A stretch of 63,804 bases of DNA, counting the filler, from Welwitschia mirabilis (taxonomy: Eukaryota): the NCBI GenBank assembly GCA_051453625.1. It is 5 parts of one record of this genome, joined end to end, with 100 filler letters (N's around TTAATTAATTAA, not from the genome) between each part and the next. Parts side by side here need not be neighbours in the genome. Positions count along the whole stretch, not along the records: positions 25,027 to 35,946 come from JBOZIK010000001.1; positions 36,047 to 41,237 come from JBOZIK010000001.1; 3 more parts are not named here. One strand, written 5' to 3'. This document shows positions 24,983 to 39,421 of the stretch, piece after piece. How positions within the stretch are numbered: the stretch's first letter is position 1; each line of letters opens with the position of its first letter. The translations under genes were made by a program, and so were the position numbers. A model generated the notes under the pieces. That model did not search any database, was not told the DNA's origin, and was given only the letters and a program-made list of their open reading frames with translations.

Positions 24983-27900
24983 NNNNNNNNNNNNNNNNNN
25001 NNNNNNNNNNNNNNNNNNNNNNNNNNATCCCAAATGTCTAAATGAAGGAATGTCAAAAAGACGCTCATTTTGGACTTCAAGTGGGCGTAGTTGTTTCCAT
25101 CGAAGAAGGGTGGTCTGGATACTACATGACCTTCTAAGTGACTTGAGATGCCATGAAAATACCTAAAAAACAACACACAAATATACTAATCTAGAGCAAT
25201 CAGGCTCTGATACCAATTGTTAGGATCGAAAGGCACCCTAGAGGGGGTGAATAGGGTAATTTAAAACTATTGTGTATTAACAACAAATTCAGATCTGCAC
25301 ATCAATAGAAATAAAACAAAGTAGCACAAAAGGAAGCAAATAACAAGTGCAACAATTTTATACTAGTTCGGCAATCCTTTCCTGCTCCACTCACAGGGGG
25401 GGCATCAATGTGCTTCCAGCCTCCTGGTTCCCTTAAAAAACACCCAACAACTTGGCACAATACAAAACCCTTCTCGAAAGGTTACAATCAATCCCTTCAC
25501 ACGGGATGCACAGGTTCACTCCAATGAGCCACTAGAAAATGTGGATAGCAAGAGATCTGATGGTGTGACTGCCTTCAGTAGAGTACATCAGCAAATGATA
25601 ACAATGTCTCCAATTACAAAAGATATCTTGGTGAGGCACAGATTGCACATGAATCTCAAATTTTAGTACATACAATCATGGAGCATTAGTCATTATAAAA
25701 TGAGGATCTTGCTTTTTATAGCCTAAGGGTTATAAGATAGTTGTTAGAGCCTCAGGTTTGAAGCCCTAACCATTTATTACACAACCCTAGCCATTTGCAA
25801 TTTGAAAAGTGTCACTTTGGCGGCTACAACAGTTATATTTCGCTTCAATGTTCACTAAGCCGAACGTCCCATACTTTTGGACCAGACGTCCTAGTTGTAA
25901 TGCCAGATTCCTGTCAAAACCGAGAAGGAGCCCGGACGTCTCAATTTAGAGCTCAGACGTCCCCATAGATTTGGGCCAAATATAGAGTCAGACGTCCTGA
26001 TGGAAATGTCAAATGTTCCCTTACTTGATTTTCGCGTATAAAGTCGGACGTCCTAGTGACAGAGCTCGGACGTCCCCATATATTTTCCCCCATATAGGGT
26101 CGGAGATCCCACTAATAATTCTTGGACGACCCCATACATGTTACCGCGTACAAGGTCGGACGTCCCATATAACAGACCAAACATCCCTGTTGGCACAACT
26201 TCTGATTTTCAAGATTTTGGTGAAGCCAATGCCCGGACTTAAACATCATTGAAACCTTAGATGCTTCCACAGATTCTTCCACACATGCTCTCTAGGAAAA
26301 GCTAAAAAATAGGCTTTAGCTGAAGGCCTTTAAAGGGAAGATGAAGCTAGTGGTTTCATTGTAAGATCATCTAGATGGGATGGTTGCACACCTCATCAAG
26401 TTAAAGAAACACAACATTGTCATTCTCAATCCTATAAAAAGACAATCACTTCTAGATTCCTTTCTAGAATCATCATCAGCAATAATGACATCCGTCACTA
26501 CCATTACAACCACAGCATTTAACGAAGTGGTCTCCATCCTCCAACATAGGAAGAATAGAATGCCAGACACCCAATTTATAAAAAGTGCCTTCATGGCTGA
26601 AAAGAGAGGTAAAAGCAAGAGACGTGTATAAAGCACATGCGAAAAAGTAAGAGTAGAGGGCAATCACATGGCAAAATCATTGAATTATGGCATTGCAAAA
26701 AGAGACGCCATACCAAGAAGGAATGTAATGCATGGAACACTAAGAAAAAGGAGAGAAGTGAAGCTTACACAAACATAGAGACATTCTTCTCCCAACAAAA
26801 TCAGACAGAAGAAGACGATAGTCATCATAGAACTATACATACAGTTGTCACAAGAGCATGACAATGTCTAGCTCACTGATACAGATGTGTCCTTGCAATT
26901 TCTACCCAAACAAATCTGAGTTTATGTCTTATCAGTCAGTATTCTCCAGTGTTGGTTATACTTCAGATAGCAAGGCATTGAAGGTTGTTGCGATTGGTGG
27001 TGTTACAGCAATCAGAAGTTCTCAAAATTTCTGTTACATGTTTCTGCAGATACCACGAGATTACTTTCAGGCATATAGTTGGATGACTTGGGGCCGTATT
27101 TGTCTAGGGGATAAGGAAAATAAAAAATTAGCGAAGGCATATTTATGCTCTGTGCAAAGAGGATTGGCAGCATGTCCATCTTGGAGGTGCAGATCTAGAA
27201 CAATGTTGTTGTTGCAGCTATAGCAGGAAATGGAAAATATACTAGTTATGGCTCAGACATTTGAGACACACTGGACAGGCAAGTTTGAAGGTACATGAAT
27301 CTGATTCTTTAATTTGTTCAGGCTCTTTCAATTTTCCGAATTTCTATAAAGACTGTAATGCTGGAAAGTTTTGTAGGGTTGATTTTCATAGAGATTTAGA
27401 AATAAGAAAAAAATAAGCTAGAACATATTTATTATAAAGTTTATGGTCCATTGCAATTATCTTACCTGGTGGTTCGTCATATTTTTTTACTGTCATAAAT
27501 GACTATACTCCTAAAGTATGGGTTTGCATTTTAAAATCAAAGGACAACGTATTCATAGGATTCAAAGCCTTTGTTGCACGTGTTGAAAGGCAAACATGAT
27601 TAAAATTAAAAAGCCCCTTCTTAATAAGGGAAGGGAATACACTTCTAATGAGTTTACCCACTTTTGCAAAGGAAAAGGGAATTAGACACATATGTCATCC
27701 TCCTACCACTCTATAGGAAAATGAAGTGGTTGAAAGATGAAATATTGAGTGTTGGAGCATGCTAGATCCATGGTTGCTACTGTTGATTTACCTATACAGT
27801 TTTAGCTTACTTGATGAATAGATCCGCTCATTCCCCATTAAACAATGAAGTTCCACAAATTTTGTTGGATTGAAAGGAGGACTCTTATAGGCAGCTGAAG

Positions 27901-30900
27901 TTCTTTACCTCTGAGGCATACATGCACTTCCAAAAGGAGAATATAACAAAGCTGCAAGGCAGAGGCAAACGATGCATTTTTATTTGTTATGGTTAAAATA
28001 ACCTTGGCTATAGATTGTGTGATCTTGAAAAAAACCAGTTTGTCAGGTTACATGATGGGAAATTCTAGGAAGATACGATGTATTATGATATTCAAGACAA
28101 CAATCATGGTCTGATTCCGGCCTCCAACATCAAGCAAATAAACCTCCTCTAAGGCTAGGCAAGAAGGAAGAAGAGGAGGAACAAGTTGTTGGCCAAAATG
28201 CCACAACAGGTATGAATAATGAAAGTACTTCATATGATAACGATAAGGAAGAACAAAAGCAACGTCTTGACACTCCTCAATGGGTAAGATGTTCACCAGA
28301 GTATCACATTCTCCTGAGAGATACTCTTCTTTGCCTTTTGTACGTAGATAATGGCACACCTGAAATAGTAAGAGAGGTACTATCTTGTGCTAAAGAAGTT
28401 GAGTAGATGGAGCTACCAGTGAAAAATGGAATTCCATGTAGCAGAACAAGATATGGGAACTTGCTGAACTTCCAAAGGGATGTAAGTTCTACACAGGAGG
28501 TGGTTTATTAGAATGAAATGGGAGGTGAATGGAGATAAGACGTGGAAAGCTAGATTGATGGTTAAAGGCCTTCCACAAACGCTAGGTATAGACTTCACTA
28601 AAATTTTCTCCTACTGTCAAACATTCATTAAGTTGGTTAGCATTATCTCTTGTGTCTTGCTTAGATTTAGAGCCAAAGCAATTAGATATCAAGATGGCAT
28701 TCCTCCATTGTGATTTGAATGAGGAAATCTGTATGTAGCAACTTCAAGGATATATAAGTCAGCAAAATCCAAATCTGGTTTGCAAGCTAAAACAGAAACT
28801 CTATGGCTTAAAAAACGCCCACCGATAGCGTGATAAAGAGTTTGACACTTCTATGTGCTAGTTGTCATAAAAGAGAAGCCAAAAGGTGTACCTCCCTAAC
28901 AATGTAACAGGTAAATTTGCTATATTACAATTATTTCAGCCATGAAATGAACAAATTAAAGATAAAAATAAAGAAACGTTTTGTCATGAAAGACTTGGAA
29001 GTAGCAAAATATAATTTGGGAATCAGAATTAGAAGGGATAGAAAGTAAAAGAATCTCTGGCTGAAACAACGTGAGCACGTCGGAAAGGTGTTGGTACCAT
29101 TTAATATGCAAGATGCCAAGACTGTCAAAACTCCATTAGCTCCTCATTTTCAGTTGTCAAGATTGGATTGTCCAAAGACAAAAGAGGAGTATGCATCAAC
29201 AAGTACAAACTTTGTACATGTCCAAACATAGCGTATGTAGTAGGAGTTGTATGCAAGATCATGGAAAATTACCGTTGGAATCATTGGCAAGCAGTGACAT
29301 GGATCCTAAGGTAGTTGAAGGGCATCCAAACAGCATGTTTGTGCTGTGCAAGTGATTTAAGCATTCATGGTTTTGTGCATGCAACTTTGCAGTAATAGAA
29401 CTCAAGAAAATCAAGAAAACATATAGCTTTGTTCTGAGCGGTGTAGTAATCAACTAGTTATCAAGGCTTCAGCCATTGGTAACATTGTCAACCACTAAAG
29501 CAAAAATATTCGGTGTTAGCATAAGCTTGAAAAAAAATATTGTCATTATGTAGGTTCCTTCATTTTGTGGGGCTTAAACAAAAAAAACACCCTATGTTGG
29601 CTTGATAGTCAAAGTCCCGTAATTTTGGCAAAGGAACCCTGCATATCATGCAAGGACAAAACACTGATGTCAAGTTCCACATTATCGATTGAGTTATTAA
29701 AGAACAGGTGAATGTTCAAAAGTTACGTACAAAAAGGAACGTTGATTTCATGTCAAAGATGGTGATAGTGGGGAAAGATGACTTTCGCAAAGCAGAGCTT
29801 GGGATAGCTATGATGTAGAAGGCAATGGGCGTTGGAACAATGCATCTCCTCTATTTGAAGGTTTCTCAAATTTGTCTTCAAGATAATTATTAAATAGTTA
29901 TGCCAAAGCTTCCTTCTATGTTTGAGTTTTATGTTTGTTGTTGCCTTACTTTATCGATCTCAATGTCATATTATGGTTTAACCCTAATGGAAAACTATAT
30001 AAGGACAATCCAAGGTAGAAGGAAGCCATTTAGTTTAACCTAGAGCTTGTTGATTAGGAGTTGGAAATAGAGAATGAAGAAAATAGAAAGAAAGTAGAAG
30101 AGTAAGAACGATTATAGTCTAAATACACTTTCCTCCTAACCTACACCCGTATTTATATTAGATGAGGGATACATTATTACATAGATTCTCAACCAACTAC
30201 AGTTGTCATACGGCTATCAACAATAAATGCCTACTAAATTGTAGCTTGTCATGTAAGTGTCAAAACTGCCCCTTAAGATGGTGTACAGCTATCTCTCATG
30301 CCCATCCTGCAAACAATAGAGTGAAGCACCTTACTCGTAAGGCCTTTGGTAAAGACATCAACTAGCTCATTTTCAGACTCTAAAAAAGGTGTACAAATTA
30401 TTTCCTTCTTTAGCTTCTTTTTGATAAAATTCTTGTGAATCTCAATGTGCTTTATTTTGTTACATTGGACTAAATTGTTAGCAATATTAATGGCAACCTT
30501 ATTATCACAATATAGTAAGAGATGTCTATCATTTGCCATCCCAAGTCCAACATTAGATTCTTGAGCCATAAGAGTTCACAAACTCCATGTGCCATAGCTC
30601 TGTATTCCACTTTTGCATTGGATCTTCCAACCATTGTTTGCTTCTTACTTTACCAAGTGACTAAATTTCCACTAATAAATGTATAATATGCTAATGTAGA
30701 CCTCCCATTGTTGGGTAATCTTGCCCAATAACATTACTAAAAGCTTCTAATTTCATGTGGCCATGATGTGAAAATAACAATCCCCTACCAAAAGCTGATT
30801 TCGAGTACCTTCGCAGATGGTAAATTGCATTTAAGGGAGCGAAGCGAGGGCCATGCATGAACTAACCAACCACACTAACATCATAGGCTATATTTGGATG

Positions 30901-33900
30901 AGTATGAGTGAGAGAAATCAATCTTCCATCTAGTCATTGGTAATTCCCTTTGTCCACCACCTCTCCATCATCACACCTAAGATGGTGATTTGCCTCAATA
31001 GGAGAGTCTCGAGGGTTGCATCCCAATGTGATAGTCTCCTTCAAGAGAACAAGGACATAATTTCTTTGAGAGATGAAGATGCCCTTATCTAACTTAACAA
31101 CTTCAATCCCAGGAAAGTAATGTAGCTTTCCCAAGTCTTTAAATTCAAATTCCTTAGCGAAATAGCCTTTCAATCTGGACACTTCTTTAGAATTATTTCC
31201 TATCACCCCTATATCATCAACATATATAATGAGAATTGTGATGTTACCCTTATAGTGGTTGGTGAACACAGCTTGATCTGCATTAATTTGTTGGTCTCCA
31301 AAAGCTATCATAGCCTTATTGAATTTGTCAAATCAGGCTCTAGGTGATTGCTTTAGATATACAAAGCTTTTCCCAGTTTATATACTTTTCCTTTTGTTTC
31401 CTGAAAAGAAAATCCTAGAGGACACACACTTCTTCTTCCAGGTCTCCATGGAAACATGCAAATCCCACTTGTTGCGCAAGAAAGAAGAGCTCGAATGGAC
31501 TTAATCTTAGCTACAAGAGCAAATGTTTCCTAGTAATCTATTCCATAGGACCAAGTAAATCCCTTTGCAACTAATCCTGCCTTGAATCTCTCAATTGTCC
31601 GATCAACCTTTGTTTAACAACAAAGACCCCCTTGCATTCTATTGCCTTTTTTCCAACTGGAAAACTAGTAAGCTCCCAAATATCATTTTTTGTCAAAGCT
31701 TTCATCTCCTTCACCATGGCTTCTTTCCACTTAGGATAAGCAAATGCATCCTTCGAATTGTAAGGAATAGACATAAGGACAAGGACGAGACAAAGGCTTT
31801 ACAAGAAGAGGAGGAGAAGTTATAGAAGACAAAATTAAAGATGGGATGGGATGCTAATTGCAAGTTTGAACCCCTTTCATCACAGCAATAGGAAGATCAA
31901 TATCATCAATAACATGAACAGAACAATTAGGAGATGAGACAGAAGACTTACTACAAGATGGAGTGAGTGACTATGGTAGAACTAAATCCAAGGATGACTC
32001 TTGACTAGGTAGAGTATGCACAATAGCTTTATCTATTTATTTCTCGTGAGTGTATCTCAACAGATCATCCCTATTGGAGTCCCATGGCTTTGTGTTATTT
32101 CTTCACTCACATCCTTTTGCTCCTTCTTCTCCCCTTCACCTACATCCCTTTGCTTCTGCTTCTATCCCCTACTTGCAGTCTGTGAATTAGGCATAGAGAT
32201 CCAAAAAGGATACACAGAGGACGAAGTTAGTTGTTCCTCACTAGTACTCTCCCCCTAAAGATGTGAGTTTGAAAAGTAAGCCTCACTTTCACAAAAGGTA
32301 ACATCCCTACTGACAAACACCTTCTTGATATGTGGATTATAACACTTATAACCCTTCTAAGTTGTAGAGTACACAATAAATACACACTTAAAGGTTGTCA
32401 AATCTAGCTTTCTAGTGGTTTTTTAATCATCACGGACAAAGTAGATGCAGCCAAATACCTTCAAAGGAACTATATACGAACAAGTACCTTGAAGAATCTC
32501 TAAATGAGTTTTGAAATCAGGTACTTTTAATGGCATCTGATGGATAATGTATGCCACGAAAAGAACTTCATCCCCCCTATAGCCTTTGGGAATATTCACA
32601 ATAAACATGATCTTGAAACTTCCAAGAGACGTCAATTCTTTCGTTTAGCAAGGCCATTCAGGCAAATATGTCTATGCAACTTGGCTGATGAATGATCCCT
32701 TGCTCACTAAGATACCTTTGAAATGCACCATTCATAAATTTTGTTCCATTATCACTCCTCAAAATTTTAACTTTGGCATCAAAGTAAGTGCTCAACATTT
32801 TGTGAAAGATCTTAAGATAGGAAAACACTTCACTTTTTGTATGCATTAAATAGACCCAAGTTGCTTCACTATGGCAATCAATTAAAGTAATACAACCAAA
32901 CAATAAAACAACCCGACTAGGATCCCATGCATCAGTGGACAAGTAGAAAAGTTGTAGTGCTTTTATTATTAATAGAAGGATATGAAACACCTGTATGTTT
33001 GCAAATTCACAAGCATCAACATCAAAGCTTTCAAAATACACTGTTTAAACAAAACACAGAATAACTTTTCCATGACTACAAAAGGCAATTGGTCCACACA
33101 TTAATGCCATTAAAGTAACTGTTGATGAGCAGAATCTTGAGAATCAATCTGTAAAGCATGACTATAAGAACTTCATTCAGTCACAAGACCAAGACTAGCC
33201 TTCAATACATATAAGCTATCTGACACTCTACCATGGCCAATTGTTCTTCCCATTTTCAGTTCCTAAAAGACACAATAAGAAGGGAAGAATGTGAGTTTGC
33301 TATTCTAATCTTTAGTGATAGTGCTAATAAATAAAAGATTATCAAAAAAATTGGGCACATGAAGAGTTGAAGATAGTATTAGTAAAGCAGTGCAATGGAT
33401 GGAATCATTCCTTGATATGAGGACAAACAGTCATTAGCTACATGGACTTAATTGTTGGAACATAAGTTTTCAATGATGAGATTTTCAAGTCGGAAAACAA
33501 GTCTTCTCCAGATTGAGACGTCCACCCTATGTAATTAGGACGTCCGACCTGTGAATCCGGGACGTCTGGACCTGTATTTGGTTTTGTTATATAGAGACGT
33601 CCGCCCTGTGAAATCGGGACGTCCGACCCTGTACATGGTATTTTCTACTGGGACGTCCGACCTATGAAATCGAGACGTCTAACCCTGCATTCGGTTTTCT
33701 TGGAAAGTAGACTAAAAATGGGACGTCCGAGTCCCCTTGTTGGGACGTCCGAGCTTATATTCGTTGATGCGGAAATACAGCTGTTTGTAGACGTTAGCCG
33801 TGGGTTTTAATATTTTAACGGCTCCTTATTGGGTGTTGGGCTCATGATTCAAAGATCAAATACCTAGTCGTTCTTCTTGTGCATATACATTCTTCTTTAT

Positions 33901-34670
33901 TGTATTCCANNNNNNNNNNNNNNNNNNNNNNNNNNNNNNNNNNNNNNNNNNNNNNNNNNNNNNNNNNNNNNNNNNNNNNNNNNNNNNNNNNNNNNNNNNN
34001 NNNNNNNNNNNNNNNNNNNNNNNNNNNNNNNNNNNNNNNNNNNNNNNNNNNNNNNNNNNNNNNNNNNNNNNNNNNNNNNNNNNNNNNNNNNNNNNNNNNN
34101 NNNNNNNNNNNNNNNNNNNNNNNNNNNNNNNNNNNNNNNNNNNNNNNNNNNNNNNNNNNNNNNNNNNNNNNNNNNNNNNNNNNNNNNNNNNNNNNNNNNN
34201 NNNNNNNNNNNNNNNNNNNNNNNNNNNNNNNNNNNNNNNNNNNNNNNNNNNNNNNNNNNNNNNNNNNNNNNNNNNNNNNNNNNNNNNNNNNNNNNNNNNN
34301 NNNNNNNNNNNNNNNNNNNNNNNNNNNNNNNNNNNNNNNNNNNNNNNNNNNNNNNNNNNNNNNNNNNNNNNNNNNNNNNNNNNNNNNNNNNNNNNNNNNN
34401 NNNNNNNNNNNNNNNNNNNNNNNNNNNNNNNNNNNNNNNNNNNNNNNNNNNNNNNNNNNNNNNNNNNNNNNNNNNNNNNNNNNNNNNNNNNNNNNNNNNN
34501 NNNNNNNNNNNNNNNNNNNNNNNNNNNNNNNNNNNNNNNNNNNNNNNNNNNNNNNNNNNNNNNNNNNNNNNNNNNNNNNNNNNNNNNNNNNNNNNNNNNN
34601 NNNNNNNNNNNNNNNNNNNNNNNNNNNNNNNNNNNNNNNNNNNNNNNNNNNNNNNNNNNNNNNNNNNNNA

Positions 34671-34671
<1 letters not shown>

Positions 34672-34733
<62 letters not shown>
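34672..34733. repeat. (CT)n microsatellite inside the SIRE-2 LTR; also at 38666-38718 as (CT)n(GT)n and at 39369-39417
   Basis: Directly visible at the homologous position in each LTR copy. Confidence 0.95.
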
Positions 34734-34736
<3 letters not shown>

Positions 34737-36469
34737 ATTCTCTGTTATAAGTAGCTCAAGGATTTGAGTTGTGGCCTGTAAGCTGTAAGAACTTCGTGTG
34801 AAGGAGTTGTTGTAAAAGATCTCTGGTTAAAGGAACCAAGAGGTTGATAGTTGTTTGCTGCCCCCTAAGAGTGGAGTAGGCTTGGCCGAACTACTATAAA
34901 AATCTGGTACATTTGTTTTATGTTTTCAATTATTTTTCTGTATCATTTCTATTATTGTTGTTCATGTATTTTTAGATCCAAAATCGTTGTTATTGCAAAA
35001 TAATTTTTATTACCCTATTCCACCCCCCCCCCCCCAACCAAAACGGGCACCTTTAAGATCCTAACAATTGGTATCAGAGACTAGTTGCTCTAGATCTGCA
35101 CATATTTGCTTTTAGATTTTATCTTTAGTGCAGATTCAGTTCAATGGCATCCTCTAGCTTTGCAAGGCATCAAGAAGGTCAGGCAGTTTCAAGACCTTCC
35201 TTTTTCAATGGGAGCAACTACGCCCACTGGAAAACAAAGATGAGCATCTTCCTGACTTCTCTTAACCCGGATATTTGAGCTGTAGTAGAATATGGTTATA
35301 CTCCAACCAAAACAAGCATTCATGGAAAAGAAGTACCAAAACTCAGAGACAGCTGGAATGCAAACGACAAAAAGATCGTCCAGATGAATGCCCAGGCAAT
35401 GAATGCAATTATCTGTGCTCTTTCCACTGAAGAATATGACAAAGTAGTTTAGTGTGCAACAGCTAAAGATATGTGGGATACTCTGAGAATAGCTCATGAA
35501 AGAAGAAATAAAAATTCTAAGCTACAACTCTTAGCCACGAGATTTGAGAACATCAGAATGGAAGAATCAGAGTCTGCAGTAGAGTATACCACAAAAATCA
35601 GCAATATTGTGAACAACATGTGGAGTTTGGATGAAAGAGTCCCAGAAAATAGAGTTGTAAGGAAGATTCTAAGAAGCCTAACCCCTAAATTCAGACCTTA
35701 AATCACGGCCATAGAAGAAAGTAAAGATATTGACAAGATGAAGGTGGAAGAAATAAAGGGATCACTCATGGCATATGAAGCAACTCTTCTTCCTGAAAAA
35801 GACATTCCCAAAAAGAAGAACATCGCACTCAAAGCCTGTGATGAACAAGAAGAAGCTTCCTCAAGTGATAATGAAGTAGATGGCGATCTAGCTTTTCTTG
35901 CCCGCAACTTCAAAAGATTTCTCAAAAGGAAGAAAGAATTCAAGAANNNNNNNNNNNNNNNNNNNNNNNNNNNNNNNNNNNNNNNNNNNNTTAATTAATT
36001 AANNNNNNNNNNNNNNNNNNNNNNNNNNNNNNNNNNNNNNNNNNNNGGATAGGCTCATATCCCTCTCAGGTATGAGTTTCTTTCTCCATTCTTAAATTTG
36101 ATATTATCTTGGAAGAAGGTCCTCCATTGCATTTTCTGAAATTGTGTCGCTTCAAAATTCTTTATCTTCCTTGTTTGTTCTTGTCCGGACGTCCCGTATT
36201 TCCCGGACGTCCATCTTCCAAACATCCCAATTTTGTTCCCAGACATTCGTCTTTTTAAAGAGGGGGACCCAACTTTTTTAAACCCGGACGTCCATCCATT
36301 TTTTCCCGGACGTCTGAGCGTAAGGCGATGCGGACGCCCACACTCCTGCTAGGGTCTTTTATTCACATAATCATCTTTCTTTCATTTTTCTCCTTACTCT
36401 TTTCATTTTCCTCTCTTTCTCTCCTTGCTCTTGCCACCTCTACTCTCTAGAATCTACTTTGTCTTAGTC

Positions 36470-37545
36470 ATGGTCAAATCCGAGATTGGTATCTCTAAAA
36501 AAAGCAAGAAAGCAGCTTCTTAAGAAGAATGGTTTGTTACTCTAGCAGCCCGAAAAGCTTGGTTTGAAGGCTTAGATAAGAGGCCAATAGCTCCTGAACG
36601 CTGAATTGATTACGAATCCTTCAGGAGAGAAATGAAGATAGTCCACAAATTTGAAGAGCAAGGGTAGATGAATGCTTTGGACCCAGATACACAAGCCTCC
36701 GCAAAAATGGTACGACTATTTTATTGTAATACTCATTTTGATTCCTCTTCTTGGGTCATGTTCACTAGAGTTTATGGGAGAGAAGTGGTAGTAGATTTAG
36801 AAGCCAACTCTCTCGTCACCAGTTATCCCAATGAGGGGTTCTTCCATGAAATTACGTCTATCAGTTCTTTAGAAGAAGCCGTTTCCAAGGATGTCTTAAC
36901 TATGGAACTGTGTGGAGAAAATTTTCATTGGAGAGCCAACATTCCGACTAACAAGCTCAAACCTTTTTACAGAGTTTTCTTTAAAATTTCTATACACAAT
37001 TTGGTTCCCAAGCTCATGCACAAAGATGAGGTCTCTCCTCTTTGTGCATACATTTTTTTTTGTTTATGCACAGGTGTCAGAATCAACCTTTACAAATTTA
37101 TTGTGCTCTACATCAGTCAGTTTTTCGTTGCTAGTTATTCCAGTCTTCCATTTGGTGGCCTCATTACAGCAATTTTGGAAAATCATCAGTTTGTCATTCA
37201 AAAGGATGAGGAAATTATTAAGGTTCCCAAACCACTTAGTTTGTATTCTCTGAGGAAAATGAACGTATTCACAGAGACAATCGGACCTGCTTCTCCTCCG
37301 AAGAAGCAGAGAACAGAAGAAGGGCCAAGTTGCCAAGCTCAGGTGAAGTCTCAAATGCCAAGTTACTTCATGGCATTCATGAAGTACGGGATTTTACCAA
37401 GGCCACAACAGAGAAGTTAAACAGGAAGATAGATCGTGTTCTCTTTGGTTTATCAGCTTATAGTCTAAGACATTCCTACCAGTTCAAAGGAAGAGGTGGC
37501 ACCAAGAGAACAACCCGCATCAGCTTCATCTCCTTCTCATTCTAC
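36470..37545 (+). pseudogene. Sirevirus env-like third ORF (SIRE-2 copy)
   Basis: ATG at 36470 is in frame with the 250-aa ORF 36668-37420, with three in-frame stops upstream. Homologous to the other three copies. Confidence 0.88.
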
Positions 37546-38666
37546 CTAGTCTTCTCTTATCTTCTCTCTTGTACATCTTCTCTTTCTTCATCTTTTTTGC
37601 CCTCAAAATCTCTCTGATGTACTGTACTTATCCTACAGTAATACAAAATTCTGTTGTCGACATTCTATGTGCCTCTTCTATTTGTTTGTGTTACTTTTCA
37701 TTCATCACAAAGGAGGAGAAAAAATATGAGATTAATTTACAATTTTTTGTCTTTACTAACAATTGAACATAGAGAATTTTTGTACAGAATAGGTACAAAT
37801 CTAATGAATTATGGGGGAAAGCTCCATTAATTTTTCAGTCCATTCCTAGATTTATGTAAGTATGGGGGAGCAATTTGTTTTCTTCCCAAACATGACAATC
37901 TAATCTTGCCTTTTGAATTCAATAGCACATTCAAGTTTGTCATCATTGAAAAGGGGGAGATTGTTGGAATGTAAGTTTTCAATGATGAGATTTTCAAGTC
38001 AAAAAACAAGTCTTCTTTAGATCAGGACGTCTGCCCTATGAACCGGGACGTCTAACCATCTATGTCATTTCCTATAATAGGACGTCCGCCCTGAGAAACT
38101 AGGACATCCTGCATTATATTTAGTTTGATTTTATTGGGATGTTCGACCTCTAAATCTGGGACGTCCAAACTTGTATTCGGTTTGTTGTACTAGGACACCG
38201 CCCTATGAAATCGGATGCCTGACCCTGTACATGGTATTTTGTACTGGAACGTCCGACCAATGAAATCACGTCCGACTCTGTATTCGGTTTTCTTTGAAAG
38301 CAGATTAAAAACCAGGATCTCCGAGTCCTCTCGATAGGACGTGCAGGCTTATATTCGTTGACGCAGAAATATAGCTGTTTATAGGCGTTAGCCGCGGGTT
38401 TTAATATCTCAATGGCTCCTTATTGGGTGTTGGGCTAATGATTCAAAGATCAAATACCTAGCCATTCTTCTTGTGCATATATATTCTTCTCTATTGTGGT
38501 ACAATACAGAAGCTTACATTAAAAGATTTTTAGTGCTCTGAAAAAGGCTGTCTACAATCTGAAAGCTGTCTGTACTAATCTAAGTTATCTATTTTCAACA
38601 AAGGATTATCTGAGCTTCAAAAGCGCTGATGACATGTGCTAGATCTAGGCACTATTATATCTGATA

Positions 38667-38704
<38 letters not shown>

Positions 38705-38707
38705 TGT

Positions 38708-38739
<32 letters not shown>

Positions 38740-39368
38740 TGTAAGTGGCTCAAGGATTTGAGCAATGGCCTGTAAGCCATAAGAACTCCGTGTGAAGGAG
38801 ATGTTGTAAAAGATCTCTGGTTAAAGGAACCAGGAGGCTGACAGCTGTTTGCCGCCCCCTGAGAGTGGAGTAGGCTTGGCCGAAGCACTATAAAAATCTG
38901 GTGCACTTGTTTTATGCTTTTAGTTATTTTTCTGTATCATTTCTATTATTGTTGTTCATGTGTTTTCAAANNNNNNNNNNNNNNNNNNNNNNNNNNNNNN
39001 NNNNNNNNNNNNNNNNNNNNNNNNNNNNNNNNNNNNNNNNNNNNNNNNNNNNNNNNNNNNNNNNNNNNNNAATATAGCCATTTATAGACGTTAGCCGCGA
39101 GTTTTAATATTTCAACGACTCCTTATGGGCGTTGGGCTCATGATCCAAAGATCAAATACCTAGTATTTCTTCTTATGCATATATATTCTCTCTATTGTCT
39201 TCCAATGTATACGCTTACATTTGAAAAGGAATTTTAGTGCTCTGAAAAAGTCTGTCTACTATCTGAAAGCTGTCTATATTGATCTCAGTTATCTATCTTC
39301 AACAAAGAATTATCTGAGCTTCAAAACGCTAATGACATGAGCGAGATCGAGGCATTTTTATATCAGAA

Positions 39369-39421
<53 letters not shown>

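Larger units (their letters stand above)
20804..26283 (-). mobile_element. Sirevirus element SIRE-1 (most of gag-pol missing in a gap)
   Basis: LTRs 20804-21924 and 25218-26283; TSD CATGC (20799-20803 and 26284-26288); PBS TGGTATCAGAGC (reverse complement 25204-25215); PPT next to 21925; gag start 25154; RNase H ORF 24422-24820 (KHIDIRHHFIRE); env-like ORF. Confidence 0.95.
19872..30058 (+). mobile_element. Old Tnt1/Tork-like Copia element, interrupted by SIRE-1 in gag and by an Ale-like element in its 3' LTR
   Basis: 5' LTR ~19872-20314; degenerate Met-PBS TTGTATCAAAGT at 20317-20328; gag reads across the insertion (..SIKNETKPHA|L*EKLK); INT/RT/RH relics 27400-29800; 3' LTR from ~29888 aligns with the 5' LTR (AAATAG..GCCAAA, CTCAATGT, CCTAATGG, CTAG.GCTTGTT). 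Confidence 0.85.

Noticed and set aside
33515..33750. Regularly spaced palindromic repeats, superficially CRISPR-like
   Set aside because: Short degenerate LTR motifs with related spacers in a plant retrotransposon; no cas genes.
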